Shown here: in pieces, positions 15,331-24,800 of the stretch | Position numbering within the stretch: the first letter of the stretch is position 1 | Layout: each line of letters opens with the position of its first letter | Virus record (IMG/VR): IMGVR_UViG_3300012347_000070 | Location: 1-30,782 of that record | Length of the DNA stretch: 30,782 nucleotides | Source of the DNA: a virus | Strand: one strand, 5' to 3' | Translations under genes and position numbers: made by a program | The notes under the pieces: model-generated | Seen by the model: the letters and a program-made list of their open reading frames with translations, nothing else | Databases searched by the model: none | What the model was told of the DNA's origin: nothing

Positions 15331-15338
15331 TTTGAAAA

Positions 15339-15367
15339 TGTAACAAAAAAAACTTTAAACGTTTATA
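15339..15367 (+). promoter_or_regulatory. ECF-type bipartite motif copy 4 (TGTAAC-N15-CGTTTATA), 4 nt before ATG 15372
   Basis: AAC ends at 15344 and CGTTTATA is at 15360..15367. It lies in the intergenic gap ahead of the protease-scaffold-capsid block. Confidence 0.5.
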
Positions 15368-15371
15368 GGAT

Positions 15372-15950
15372 ATGCGAATCGTAGAATTAGTAATAGAAAA
15401 GGATTTAGACGGAATAGAAGCCGTAAGTCTGGTAGATGCGCCGGCAATAGAAGAGAATTTTATTGCTCTTAACAAAGAGTATAGAATGGACTTAGCCGAA
15501 GTAGATTCAGATAAGCGTATTCTTATGGGTGCTGCTTTAGTTCCTAACAAACAAATTTATCGAAGAAATGGTAAGGACGAGTTTTACGTATTCTTTAGCG
15601 AAGCAACGGTTAAGCAAGCGAGCGAGTTATTCTTAAAGAATGGAAACCAATCTAACGCAACTCTTGAGCATAAGAATAAATTCGAAGGGGCTACGGTTGT
15701 AGAATCTTGGATTATTGACAACCCAGAAATGGACAAGTCTAGGGCTTACGGATTCGATTTACCTAAGGGTACTTGGATGATTTCTATGAAGATAGAAGAC
15801 GAGAAAGTTTGGAAGGAAGTTAAAGAGGGTAAATACAAGGGCTTCTCTATCGAAGGATATTTTGCGGATAAATTAGAGATGTCTTTACAAGAGCTAGAAG
15901 AGGAAGAGTTAATTAATCAAATCATAAATATTTTACAAGATGGCGAATAA
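15372..15950 (+). CDS. XkdF-like putative prohead protease
   Basis: VSLVDAPAIEENFIAL ... ILMGAALVPN ... FFSEATVKQASELFLKNG ... NATLEHK resembles the PBSX XkdF family. It sits directly upstream of scaffold and capsid. Confidence 0.55.
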   Translation: MRIVELVIEKDLDGIEAVSLVDAPAIEENFIALNKEYRMDLAEVDSDKRILMGAALVPNKQIYRRNGKDEFYVFFSEATVKQASELFLKNGNQSNATLEHKNKFEGATVVESWIIDNPEMDKSRAYGFDLPKGTWMISMKIEDEKVWKEVKEGKYKGFSIEGYFADKLEMSLQELEEEELINQIINILQDGE

Positions 15951-16122
15951 AAAAACAAGCCCACAAGACTCTAAAAGAGCTTGTCTTTGCGAAGACGGGA
16001 CTTACTCTAAAGAATGTTGCAAAGGCGAAGAAATTAATCAGGGAATTGGAGCTACCGAAGGGCAAGCTACCTCGATTATTATTAATACAAATGAAGCACG
16101 AGTAATTATAAGAGAAAATTAA
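15940..16122 (+). CDS. Small Cys-rich hypothetical protein, 60 aa
   Basis: ATG ORF with 11-nt overlap upstream. Contains CLCEDGTYSKECC. Confidence 0.5.
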   Translation: MANKKTSPQDSKRACLCEDGTYSKECCKGEEINQGIGATEGQATSIIINTNEARVIIREN

Positions 16123-16136
16123 ACAAATAAATAAAT

Positions 16137-16736
16137 ATGGAATACAAGAACAAGTTAAACAAGATTAAAGCTGTTCTTTCTATGGAGATTAAACTAGCAC
16201 AAATGAAGTTAGAAGACGGAATTACCGTTATTGAAGCTGAAGAGTTTGCGCCAGAGTTTTCTGTAGGAATTGTAACAGAAGATGGTATTGTAGCTTTGCC
16301 AGTAGGCGAGTACAAGTTAGAGGACGGTATGATTTTAGTAGTAGCCGTAGAGGGTATTATTGCTGAAATTAAAGAAGCTGAAGCTGAAGCTCCAGAAGTG
16401 GAAGTAGAAGTAGAAGTAGCACCGGAAGAGGTTATTGAGCCGGAGATGGCAGCCGAAGCTCCTAAAGCTAAGCGTATTGTAGAATCAGTATCTAAAGAGA
16501 CTTTCTTTGCTGAAATCGAAAAATTACGTTCTGAGTTTTCTTTGATTAAGCAAGAGAACGAAGCATTAAAAGCGGAGAATGAATCGCTTAAGGTAGAGAT
16601 GTCTTCTATTGAAGCAGGCGCTGAGCCTTTAGCTCACAATCCAGAAGCGGGAATCGCTCCAAAACCTTTTAGAATTAGTAAAAACAAAACGTCTTCAATT
16701 GAAGATTCAGTATTTAGTAAAATCTTTTCAAAATAA
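16137..16736 (+). CDS. Scaffolding protein
   Basis: Located immediately upstream of the capsid gene. Acidic low-complexity EAEAEAPEVEVEVEVAPEE and a C-terminal coiled coil (EKLRSEFSLIKQENEALKAENESLK). Confidence 0.6.
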   Translation: MEYKNKLNKIKAVLSMEIKLAQMKLEDGITVIEAEEFAPEFSVGIVTEDGIVALPVGEYKLEDGMILVVAVEGIIAEIKEAEAEAPEVEVEVEVAPEEVIEPEMAAEAPKAKRIVESVSKETFFAEIEKLRSEFSLIKQENEALKAENESLKVEMSSIEAGAEPLAHNPEAGIAPKPFRISKNKTSSIEDSVFSKIFSK

Positions 16737-16756
16737 TTAACAAACAAATTTAAAAA

Positions 16757-17716
16757 ATGGCTACTACAACTAGTATTACAACAACTTACGCTGGCGAGTA
16801 TAAGAATCAGATTATCTCGGCTGCTTTATTATCTTCTCCTACTATCGATGCGGGTGGTATCACGGTTAAACCGGGTATCAAGTACAAAGAAGTGGTTAAG
16901 AAATTATCTACGGATGCAATCTTAAAAGATGCTTCTTGTGATTTTACGGCTACGTCTACAGTTACTTTAACTGAGCGTATTTTACAACCAGAAGAATTTC
17001 AAGTTAACTTACAATTATGTAAGAAAGACTTTCATTCTGATTGGTTATCAGCTCAACAAGGTTACTCAGCATTTGATGTATTGCCTTCTTCTTTCGCAGA
17101 CTTCTTAGTAGCTCACGTAGCGGCTAAAGTAGCAGCTAAGAACGAGACAAACATCTGGACTGGTGTAACTGCTAACGCAGGTGAGTTCAACGGATTCTCT
17201 ACATTATTAGCGGCAGATGCTGCTTTACCAGCTGCTCAAGAGGTTGCAGGTACAACGGTTACTGCTTCTAACGTAGTAGCTGAATTAGGTAAAATTGTAG
17301 ATGCTATCCCAGCTGCTCTTTACGGACAAGACGGTTTACATATCTACGTATCTCAGAACATCGCTCGTGCTTACGTTCGTGCTTTGGGTGGGTTTGCTGC
17401 TTCTGGCTTAGGTGCTAACGGTACTAACGCAATGGGAACTCAATGGTATAACAACGGTTCTTTATCATTTGACGGAGTAAAAATCTTCGTAGCAAATGGT
17501 TTAGCGGCTAACACTGCAATCGCTACTTTGAAAGAGAACTTGTACTTCGGTACTGGTGTTCTTGCAGATATGGATGCTTCTTCTGTAAAAGTTATCGATA
17601 TGGCAGACGTAGACGGTTCAGAAAACGTACGTGTAGTAATGCGTATGACAGCTGGTGTTCAGTACGGTTCGGTAGAAGATATCGTAACTTACGGAATCAC
17701 TAACGCAGCTAACTAA
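16757..17716 (+). CDS. Major capsid protein
   Basis: 319 aa, follows the scaffold, and is followed by a strong terminator. Ala/Gly/Thr-rich with strongly biased codon use (GCT, GGT, ACT, GTT). Confidence 0.7.
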   Translation: MATTTSITTTYAGEYKNQIISAALLSSPTIDAGGITVKPGIKYKEVVKKLSTDAILKDASCDFTATSTVTLTERILQPEEFQVNLQLCKKDFHSDWLSAQQGYSAFDVLPSSFADFLVAHVAAKVAAKNETNIWTGVTANAGEFNGFSTLLAADAALPAAQEVAGTTVTASNVVAELGKIVDAIPAALYGQDGLHIYVSQNIARAYVRALGGFAASGLGANGTNAMGTQWYNNGSLSFDGVKIFVANGLAANTAIATLKENLYFGTGVLADMDASSVKVIDMADVDGSENVRVVMRMTAGVQYGSVEDIVTYGITNAAN

Positions 17717-17730
17717 TTAGCTTATAAGAT

Positions 17731-17761
17731 AGCACCTCGTTAATTCGGGGTGCTTATTTTT
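17731..17761 (+). terminator. Rho-independent terminator after the capsid gene
   Basis: agcacctcg (17731..17739) pairs with cggggtgct (17746..17754). 9 bp including one G-U pair, loop ttaatt, then tattttt. Confidence 0.8.
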
Positions 17762-17781
17762 CATCTTTTAAATTAATCAAT

Positions 17782-18309
17782 ATGTCTTGTGATATTTCCT
17801 TAGGTAGAATTGAGCCTTGCAAAACGAGTAACGGGGGGTTAAAAGCCGTTTACTTCGTGAATTGGGGCGATGCTACGGGGGTTACTTATGATGCTACAAA
17901 CACGGATGCTATCTCGGCTGTAACTGGGACTCCGGTAGCTTATAAGTACGACCTAAAGGGTAATAGTTCTTTCGAGCAAACTATTACTTCTTCTCGTGAG
18001 AATGGTACTACCTTCTTCGAGCAAACGTTAAACTTAACGTTAAAACAATTGTCTATTGTAGACCATAAGCAAATTAAGCTTTTGTCTTACGGACGTCCTC
18101 AAGTTATCGTAGAAGATAACAACGGAAACTTATTCTATTGCGGTCTTCAGCACGGTATGGAAGTATCTGGCGGTACTATCGTTACTGGGGCTGCAATGGG
18201 AGATTTAAGCGGTTATACTTTAGTCTTATCTGGTCAAGAGCCAGTACCGGCTAACTTCTTAACTACTACTTTAGTAGCGGCTGGATTCACCGTAACTCCG
18301 GGCGCTTAG
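17782..18309 (+). CDS. Abundant virion protein candidate (possible major tail/tube protein), 175 aa
   Basis: Bracketed by two terminators. The N-terminal C-x-x-x-NGGLKAVYFVN block resembles tail-tube proteins of Bacteroidota phages as I recall them (weak). Confidence 0.65.
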   Translation: MSCDISLGRIEPCKTSNGGLKAVYFVNWGDATGVTYDATNTDAISAVTGTPVAYKYDLKGNSSFEQTITSSRENGTTFFEQTLNLTLKQLSIVDHKQIKLLSYGRPQVIVEDNNGNLFYCGLQHGMEVSGGTIVTGAAMGDLSGYTLVLSGQEPVPANFLTTTLVAAGFTVTPGA

Positions 18310-18335
18310 TCTTTTGTTGTTTGAGGTTTGAAATT

Positions 18336-18361
18336 GGGGGAGCAGATGTCTTCCCCTTTTT
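18336..18361 (+). terminator. Rho-independent terminator
   Basis: gggggag (18336..18342) pairs with cttcccc (18350..18356), loop cagatgt, then ttttt. Confidence 0.7.
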
Positions 18362-18370
18362 CGTTTAAAA

Positions 18371-18399
18371 GAAACAAAACCTATAAAATAACGTTTATA
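18371..18399 (+). promoter_or_regulatory. ECF-type bipartite motif copy 5 (GAAAC-N16-CGTTTATA), 5 nt before ATG 18405
   Basis: GAAAC at 18371..18375 and CGTTTATA at 18392..18399. It lies immediately after a terminator. Confidence 0.55.
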
Positions 18400-18404
18400 G
18401 AATA

Positions 18405-18731
18405 ATGATAGTTTTAAGAGAATCCAATTTAGCGCAAAGTGTAAGATTCGTTCCTACTCGTAGAAATGCGGGGAATAAGCTATTTTTGCGAAACGAAACT
18501 ACTAACGTAGAAGTAGAATACGATATTACTTGTACTCAAACGTCTTACTATCTTACTTTCTCAAAGGTATTAACTTTAGAAGAAGGACACTTTTACACAA
18601 TGACTATAAAGCAAGATGCCGAGTTAATCTTTAGAGATAAGGTATTTTGCACGAATCAAACAATAGGAGCGTATAGCGTTAATAATAACGAGTACGTACA
18701 AAACGACCAAAATATAATTTTCTATGAGTAA
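18405..18731 (+). CDS. Hypothetical virion-module protein, 108 aa
   Basis: ATG ORF with 8-nt overlap with the portal gene start. Confidence 0.65.
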   Translation: MIVLRESNLAQSVRFVPTRRNAGNKLFLRNETTNVEVEYDITCTQTSYYLTFSKVLTLEEGHFYTMTIKQDAELIFRDKVFCTNQTIGAYSVNNNEYVQNDQNIIFYE

Positions 18732-20463
18732 CGTTCACGTTTTTAACTTTGAATCTCATAAGCCCCCGCAATCCGTAGAATCTAACAAAGAAGCTTGGGT
18801 TAATTTCGGAGACGATAACGACTACTTCAAGTACTTAATTGATAGATATAATAACTCGACTACTAATAACTCGGTTATTAATTCTATTAATAAGTTAATC
18901 TATGGTAGGGGATTAGATGCAACGGACTCAAACAAAAAGCCGAACGAATACGCTCAGATGAAAATGTTATTTCGTCCTGAGGTATTAAAGTGCGTTATTA
19001 CCGACTATAAATTACTTGGACAAGGATACTTTCAATTAATCTATAACAAGGCTAAGAATGCGATTATTAGAGTAGAGCACGTGCCAGCTCAATTAATCCG
19101 CTCCGAGAAATGCAATGAGAAAGGCGAAATTACTGGTTATTACTATTCTGATAACTGGCAAGACATTAAGAACTTTGTGCCAAAGCGTATTAGTGCATTT
19201 GGTTATGGCGATAAAACGTTAGAGATTCTTTGTGTTAGAGATTATAGCGTAGGACAAAAATACTATTCTAACGTAGATTATATCGGGGCTTTGCCTTACG
19301 CTAAGTTAGAAGAAGAGATTGCTGACTATTTGATTAACGATGTTCAAAACGGGTTTTCCCCTACTAGCGTTATTAACTTTAATAATGGTGTACCAGACGA
19401 AGAGAAACAAGGTTTAATTGCAGCAGACGTAAAGCGTAAATTAGCGGGTTCTAGCGGTGCTAAAATTGTTGTAGCGTTCAATAGTGACGAGACAAAGAAA
19501 ACGACTATTGATAGCGTACCTTTAAACGATGCTCCGGCACACTATACATATTTAAGTGAAGAATCGAGAGGCAAGATTTTATTAGGTCACTCTATTACTA
19601 GTGGCTTGCTATTTGGTATCCCTTCTAACAATGGATTTAGCTCAAACGCTGACGAGTTAAAGAATGCTTCTATCTTGTTTGATAATATGGTAATTCGTCC
19701 TAAACAAGGAACGGTTTTAGATGCTATCGACAAGATTTTAGCGTTTAACAATATTAGCTTAAATCTTTACTTTAAGACTTTACAACCTTTGGAATTTATT
19801 GACCAGAATCCGGCAATGAATACCGAGCAAGTAGAAGAAGAGACTGGTTTGAAGCTTTCTTCTCAATTAGAGGAGCTAGAAACTTACGGAGAAGAGTTAG
19901 ACCTTAACGAGTGGGAGTTAATCGATTCTAGGGTAGTAGAAAGCCTTGAGGAGGAAGAGAAATTAAACGCTGAGTTAGAATTATTAAACAATCCTAAAAA
20001 ATCGGTATTTAGTAAGATTTGGGAGTTAGCAACGGTATCTACCGGAGTGGCTAGACCAGACTTAAAATCTGCTTTAGATGGTAAGTTATTTATTTCTCGT
20101 TATCGTTATAGCGGTAACCCTACTCCCGAAAGAGCATTTTGTAAAAAAATGATGCAAATGAATAAACTATATCGTAAAGAAGATATAGATAAGATGAGCC
20201 AAAAGAATGTTAATCCCGGCTTTGGTATGGCTCCTAACCCAAATGCTCCTTACGATATTTTTCTTTGGAAGGGAGGCGGTAAATTAAGCAATGAGTTTCA
20301 GTTTGGGACTTGTAAGCATTTTTGGACGAGAGAAACTTATAAGAGATTCACAGACCCAAGAAAGAAAGGAACGGTAGAGATTACCCCGGCACAAGCTCGC
20401 AAGGCTGGCGAAATTTTACCAACGGTAGACAAGAGAGCGTATATTGCGCCTCACGATATGTAA
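18724..20463 (+). CDS. Portal protein with an extended Cys-containing C-terminal domain
   Basis: 579 aa. The N-terminal two thirds look portal-like (size, YYSDNW, acidic stretch EEETGLKLSSQLEELE). The C-terminal ~140 aa carry ERAFCKKM ... GTCKHFW. Confidence 0.6.
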   Translation: MSNVHVFNFESHKPPQSVESNKEAWVNFGDDNDYFKYLIDRYNNSTTNNSVINSINKLIYGRGLDATDSNKKPNEYAQMKMLFRPEVLKCVITDYKLLGQGYFQLIYNKAKNAIIRVEHVPAQLIRSEKCNEKGEITGYYYSDNWQDIKNFVPKRISAFGYGDKTLEILCVRDYSVGQKYYSNVDYIGALPYAKLEEEIADYLINDVQNGFSPTSVINFNNGVPDEEKQGLIAADVKRKLAGSSGAKIVVAFNSDETKKTTIDSVPLNDAPAHYTYLSEESRGKILLGHSITSGLLFGIPSNNGFSSNADELKNASILFDNMVIRPKQGTVLDAIDKILAFNNISLNLYFKTLQPLEFIDQNPAMNTEQVEEETGLKLSSQLEELETYGEELDLNEWELIDSRVVESLEEEEKLNAELELLNNPKKSVFSKIWELATVSTGVARPDLKSALDGKLFISRYRYSGNPTPERAFCKKMMQMNKLYRKEDIDKMSQKNVNPGFGMAPNPNAPYDIFLWKGGGKLSNEFQFGTCKHFWTRETYKRFTDPRKKGTVEITPAQARKAGEILPTVDKRAYIAPHDM

Positions 20464-20466
20464 TTT

Positions 20467-20985
20467 ATGATACAATCAGGAATATATAAAATAACAAGTC
20501 CGACTGGCAAAATATATATTGGTCAATCTTCAAATATTAATAGAAGAATGATTGAACATAAATATAACTCTAAGACAAAAAATTTAAAATTATATTCTTC
20601 AATACGAAAATATGGTATTGAAAATCATAAAATAGAAATACTTTTTTTGTCAAATAATAATGATGAAAAAAATAAAATGGAAAGTTTTTATATTAATGAA
20701 TTTAATGCTATTGAAAAAGGATTGAATCACACAGATGTAACAACTAATACTCTTGGATTTTTAGGAAAAAAACATACTAAAGAAAATGTTTTAAAAATTA
20801 AAGAAAGAATGAATGGTTATAAGCCAATTAATGCGATAAAAAAAAGAATGAAAAAAGTATTTTGTGGTTATACCAATAAATTTTATGATAGCGTTTCAGA
20901 TTGTGCAAGAGATTTGAATGTTTCTCATTCTTATATTTCAAACCAATTAAATGGTAAGATTTTTAATAAATATAATATTATTTAA
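20467..20985 (+). CDS. Free-standing GIY-YIG homing endonuclease (mobile element)
   Basis: GIYKITSPTGKIYIGQS ... NRRMIEHK ... FYINEFN catalytic motifs. NUMOD3-like GKKHTKENVLKIKE. C-terminal HTH-like ARDLNVSHSYISNQLNGK. Very AT-rich: I counted 14 G+C in 20521..20580 against 28 in 20401..20460. Confidence 0.85.
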   Translation: MIQSGIYKITSPTGKIYIGQSSNINRRMIEHKYNSKTKNLKLYSSIRKYGIENHKIEILFLSNNNDEKNKMESFYINEFNAIEKGLNHTDVTTNTLGFLGKKHTKENVLKIKERMNGYKPINAIKKRMKKVFCGYTNKFYDSVSDCARDLNVSHSYISNQLNGKIFNKYNII

Positions 20986-20986
20986 T

Positions 20987-21484
20987 ATGCAGGCACTTTT
21001 TGTAAGTAGAGAGGATATTGTTAAGTTTACCGCTATTAGTGGTAACATCGATGTTGATAAATTCGTTCAGTGGGTTAAGGTAGCTCAAGACACGCATATA
21101 CAAGGATATTTAGGTACTAAGTTATTTAACAAAATTAACGATGGTATCGTAAATGCTAACTTGAATAGCTCTTATACAATGCTTTTAAACGTGTATATTA
21201 AGCCTATGGTTATCCATTGGACGATGGTAGAGTTCTTGCCCTTTGCAGCGTATACAATCGCAAGTAAAGGGGTATTTAAGCATAATAGCGAGAATAGTAC
21301 TAACGTAGAAAAAAGCGAGGTAGATTACCTAGTAGAGAAAGAGCGGTCAATCGCTGAGCATTATACTCGTAGATTTATCGATTATATGAGTTTTAATCAA
21401 TCTTCATTTCCAGAATATAACACGAATAGCAATGCAGATATGTACCCAGACAAGCAAGCGGACTTCGGTGGCTGGTACCTCTAG
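20987..21484 (+). CDS. Hypothetical protein, possible head-tail adaptor
   Basis: ATG 20987, one nt after the endonuclease stop, preferred over ATG 20951 inside the endonuclease gene. Confidence 0.6.
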   Translation: MQALFVSREDIVKFTAISGNIDVDKFVQWVKVAQDTHIQGYLGTKLFNKINDGIVNANLNSSYTMLLNVYIKPMVIHWTMVEFLPFAAYTIASKGVFKHNSENSTNVEKSEVDYLVEKERSIAEHYTRRFIDYMSFNQSSFPEYNTNSNADMYPDKQADFGGWYL

Positions 21485-21549
21485 GGGTAAATACACTCCT
21501 AAAGCGTCTAACATTAAAAAACTAAAGGTTTACCTTAACAAAATAGAAA

Positions 21550-21888
21550 ATGGCTCTTAATTTCACGCATACAAAAGGCGATACATTTAACGAAGTAGCT
21601 TTTGAAGTAAAGAAGAACTCGGTAGCAATTGATTTAACCGGTGCAACAATTCGAATGCAACTTCGTAAATGCTACTCGGATGCAAGTGCGGTCTTGTCTC
21701 TTACTTCGGTAGCTTCGGCTGGCATTACAATCACAAACGCAACTAGCGGACAATTTAAAATCAATGCTCAAATAATCGACATTGAAGTATTTAATTACGT
21801 TTACGACATTCAATTTACTTTAGCAAGTGGCGAAGTAAAGACATACGTAAAAGGAGGATTCAATGTAACACCAGAAGTAACACGCTAA
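21550..21888 (+). CDS. Small Ig-like/BppU-N-like tail-associated protein
   Basis: TKGDTFNEVAFEV ... IDLTGATIRMQLRK resembles the N-terminal domain of baseplate upper proteins. It lies directly upstream of the fibre gene. Confidence 0.45.
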   Translation: MALNFTHTKGDTFNEVAFEVKKNSVAIDLTGATIRMQLRKCYSDASAVLSLTSVASAGITITNATSGQFKINAQIIDIEVFNYVYDIQFTLASGEVKTYVKGGFNVTPEVTR

Positions 21889-21891
21889 GAA

Positions 21892-24800
21892 ATGGAAGAT
21901 ATTATAGACATCATAGTTACCGAAACGACCAATTTAATCGAGATTACGTCTCAACCTACGGATGAGATTATCGATGTCAATATAATAGACAATAGAGAGG
22001 ACATTACGCTTAACGTAACACCTTCTGTAGTAGAGATTAATATAAACTCTTTAACGGGTAACTTTGGGGTTAATTGGGGCGATATCGAAGGTACACTTGC
22101 CGACCAAACCGACTTACAAAACGTTTTAAACGCAAAGGCAGATTTAGTAGATGGAAAAGTACCTTCGTCTCAATTGCCTAGCTATGTAGATGACGTAATA
22201 GAAGTAGCTAATTATGCAGCACTTCCGGTAACGGGAGAAGTAGGTAAAATCTATATTACGTTAGATACTAATTTTATTTATCGCTGGAGCGGTTCAACAT
22301 ACATTGAGATTAAAGATTCAAGTGCCGTATGGGGTGCGATAACTGGAACGTTAAGCTCTCAAACCGATTTACAATCTGCTTTAGACGCAAAAGTACCTTA
22401 TACTGGTGCTACTGGAAACGTTAATCTAGGCGAATACGGAGCAACGGTAGGTTATTTAGGATTTGATACTACACCTACTAGCACACCAACTGGAATTGGT
22501 ACTACTTATTGGGATTCTTTTTATAGAACGTTATCATTAATAGATGGCGATGGAGATACTACTTTACAAATAGGTCAAGAACAAAGAGTTTTAGTTCACA
22601 ATAATACGGGCTCTACTTTAACCGATGGGCAAGTAGTTTATGTAATTGGCTCAACTGGCGAGCTTCCAAGCGTAGCTTTGGCTTCAAATACAAGTGAAAC
22701 TACTTCAAGCGTTACTTTTGGTATCGTTACCGAATCTATCGCACACGGAGCAAATGGATTTATTACTACTAGTGGAATTATTCACGGGTTAAATACAAAT
22801 GCTTATGACGAGGGAGCAGCAATTTACTTAGGTTCTACGGCTGGAACGTTTACTCAAACAAAACCGGTAGCACCTGCTAATAGTGTTTTAGTAGGATATA
22901 TAATCAAGAAATCGGGGGGTAATGGTTCTATCTTTGTTAAGATTCAAAATGGTTATGAATTAGAAGAGCTTCACGATGTTTTAATAACTTCAAAAGCTAA
23001 TAACGATGGATTATTTTACGAATCATCAACAAGCCTTTGGAAGAATAAAAGCATTGCAACGGTTTTAGGAGGTACTCCGATTACCGGCTCAGGAGCAACT
23101 GGATACTATGCTAGATTTACTTCGAGTAATGTTATTTCTGATGGATTTATTCAAACTACTAGCAACATTACCTATGTTGAAGGTATGGGTTTATCTACTG
23201 GTAGCGGTTTAGACATTGAAGGTAGTTTTGGAGGTGGTAGCGATGGACTTAAATTACGTTCTTACGATGAAACTACGGGTAAGGCATATATTGAATTCTT
23301 CAATACTAGCGGAAACTTTCGCTTAGGATTAGAAGGCTCAACTGGTGGAGGTATTCTTCCCGGTTCAACTGCTTACGCTACGGTTTTAACAAGTGGATTA
23401 ACTGCTAAAAATTTAGAGTTTGGTACTAATAATACTAAACGTTTAACATTAGACGGAACGACTGGAGCGGCTACGTTTACTTCTTCAGTTACTACTTCAG
23501 CTTTATACGTCACTGGAATGACTGCGGGAAGCGGTGCGATTTATCACACTGGCTCACGTTTGACTTTTGCAAACTACAACACTAGCGGAACTTTACATTT
23601 TGAGGTAAATGGAGGGGTAGGAGCTTTAACTTTAAACGCAGATAAAAGCGCAACTTTTGAAAGTACATTAAGTGCAACTGGAGCAACATTAACGGGAGCT
23701 TTAAGCGGTACGAGTGCTACGTTTACGGGTACAAGTGCTTCTTCAGTTTTAACTTTGGCAAATTCAAGCGGAGGAACAAAGGCAGATTTTACAATTACCG
23801 AAAATACGGGATTAATAATTAATTCCTACGAAGGTGCTTCAGCTAGAAGTATTAATTTACAAGTAGGAGGTGCTTCGGCTTTATCTATTGCTACATCTGG
23901 TGCAGCAACATTTTCGAGTAGTGTTACGGCAAGCGGAGGAGTAAACGCAGGAGATTCTAAATTCTTTAATTCAGTACAATTAACAGATAGTTTAGGTGGA
24001 ACTTGTCAAGGATTCTTATGGACAGACGCAGCTAATACTTTAAAAATAGGTACGGGTACGGTTGCAGGTGGTAATGTTAAGATGACTATCACTTCCGCTG
24101 GCAACGTAGGCATCGGAACGACTTCGCCGAGCGAACTATTACACCTATCAAAAGCGACTTATCCATTTATTAAGTTAACCGAAACAACTTCAAATACAAG
24201 TGGTCAGTTTGGATATGACACTCCAACTGCTGAATGGAGAATGAGAACTTTGACAAGTACACCTTTGACTTTTGGTACTAACGATACCGAACGTATGCGG
24301 ATTGCTAGCGGAGGGAATGTGTTGATAAATAAAACAACTGCTAGAGGAAACGAATACTTAGGAATTGAATCTGGGGGTAATGAATTTTGCAATTTCCAAA
24401 GTACTGGTGGAGTTAGGGCTTTTAGAGTTAATAATGTTGATGTAGAAGGATTTAATACAACAGGTACTACAATTTTTGTAGGTAAATTAAACTCTAGCGG
24501 TCGCTCAATTAATGCAGGGGGAACTATTAATGCAATGGGTTTAGATTATGCTGAATATATGACTAAATCAACTTCCGAAAATATCAACAAAGGGGATATT
24601 GTAGGAATAGATTCAAATGGTTTATTGACAGATTTATTTGAATTGTCCATATCTTTTGGCATTAAATCTACAAATCCTTCTTTTGTTGGTGGCGATGAAT
24701 GGGGTGCAAATAAAGATGATACAAATTTATTAGAACAAGAAAGACAAAAAGTAGATAGAATAGCTTTTTCTGGTCAAGTTCCTTGTAATGTTTTAGGAGC

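Noticed and set aside
16375-16425. Tandem GAAGCT and GAAGTA nucleotide repeats
   Set aside because: They encode the EAEAEA/EVEVEV acidic low-complexity linker of the scaffolding protein, so coding composition explains them.
21485-21549. Promoter or terminator in the 65-nt gap before 21550
   Set aside because: Only a 6-bp ggtaaa/tttacc pairing with a 36-nt loop. No TAnnTTTG and no AAC-N16-CGT motif (the CGTCTA there lacks an upstream AAC).
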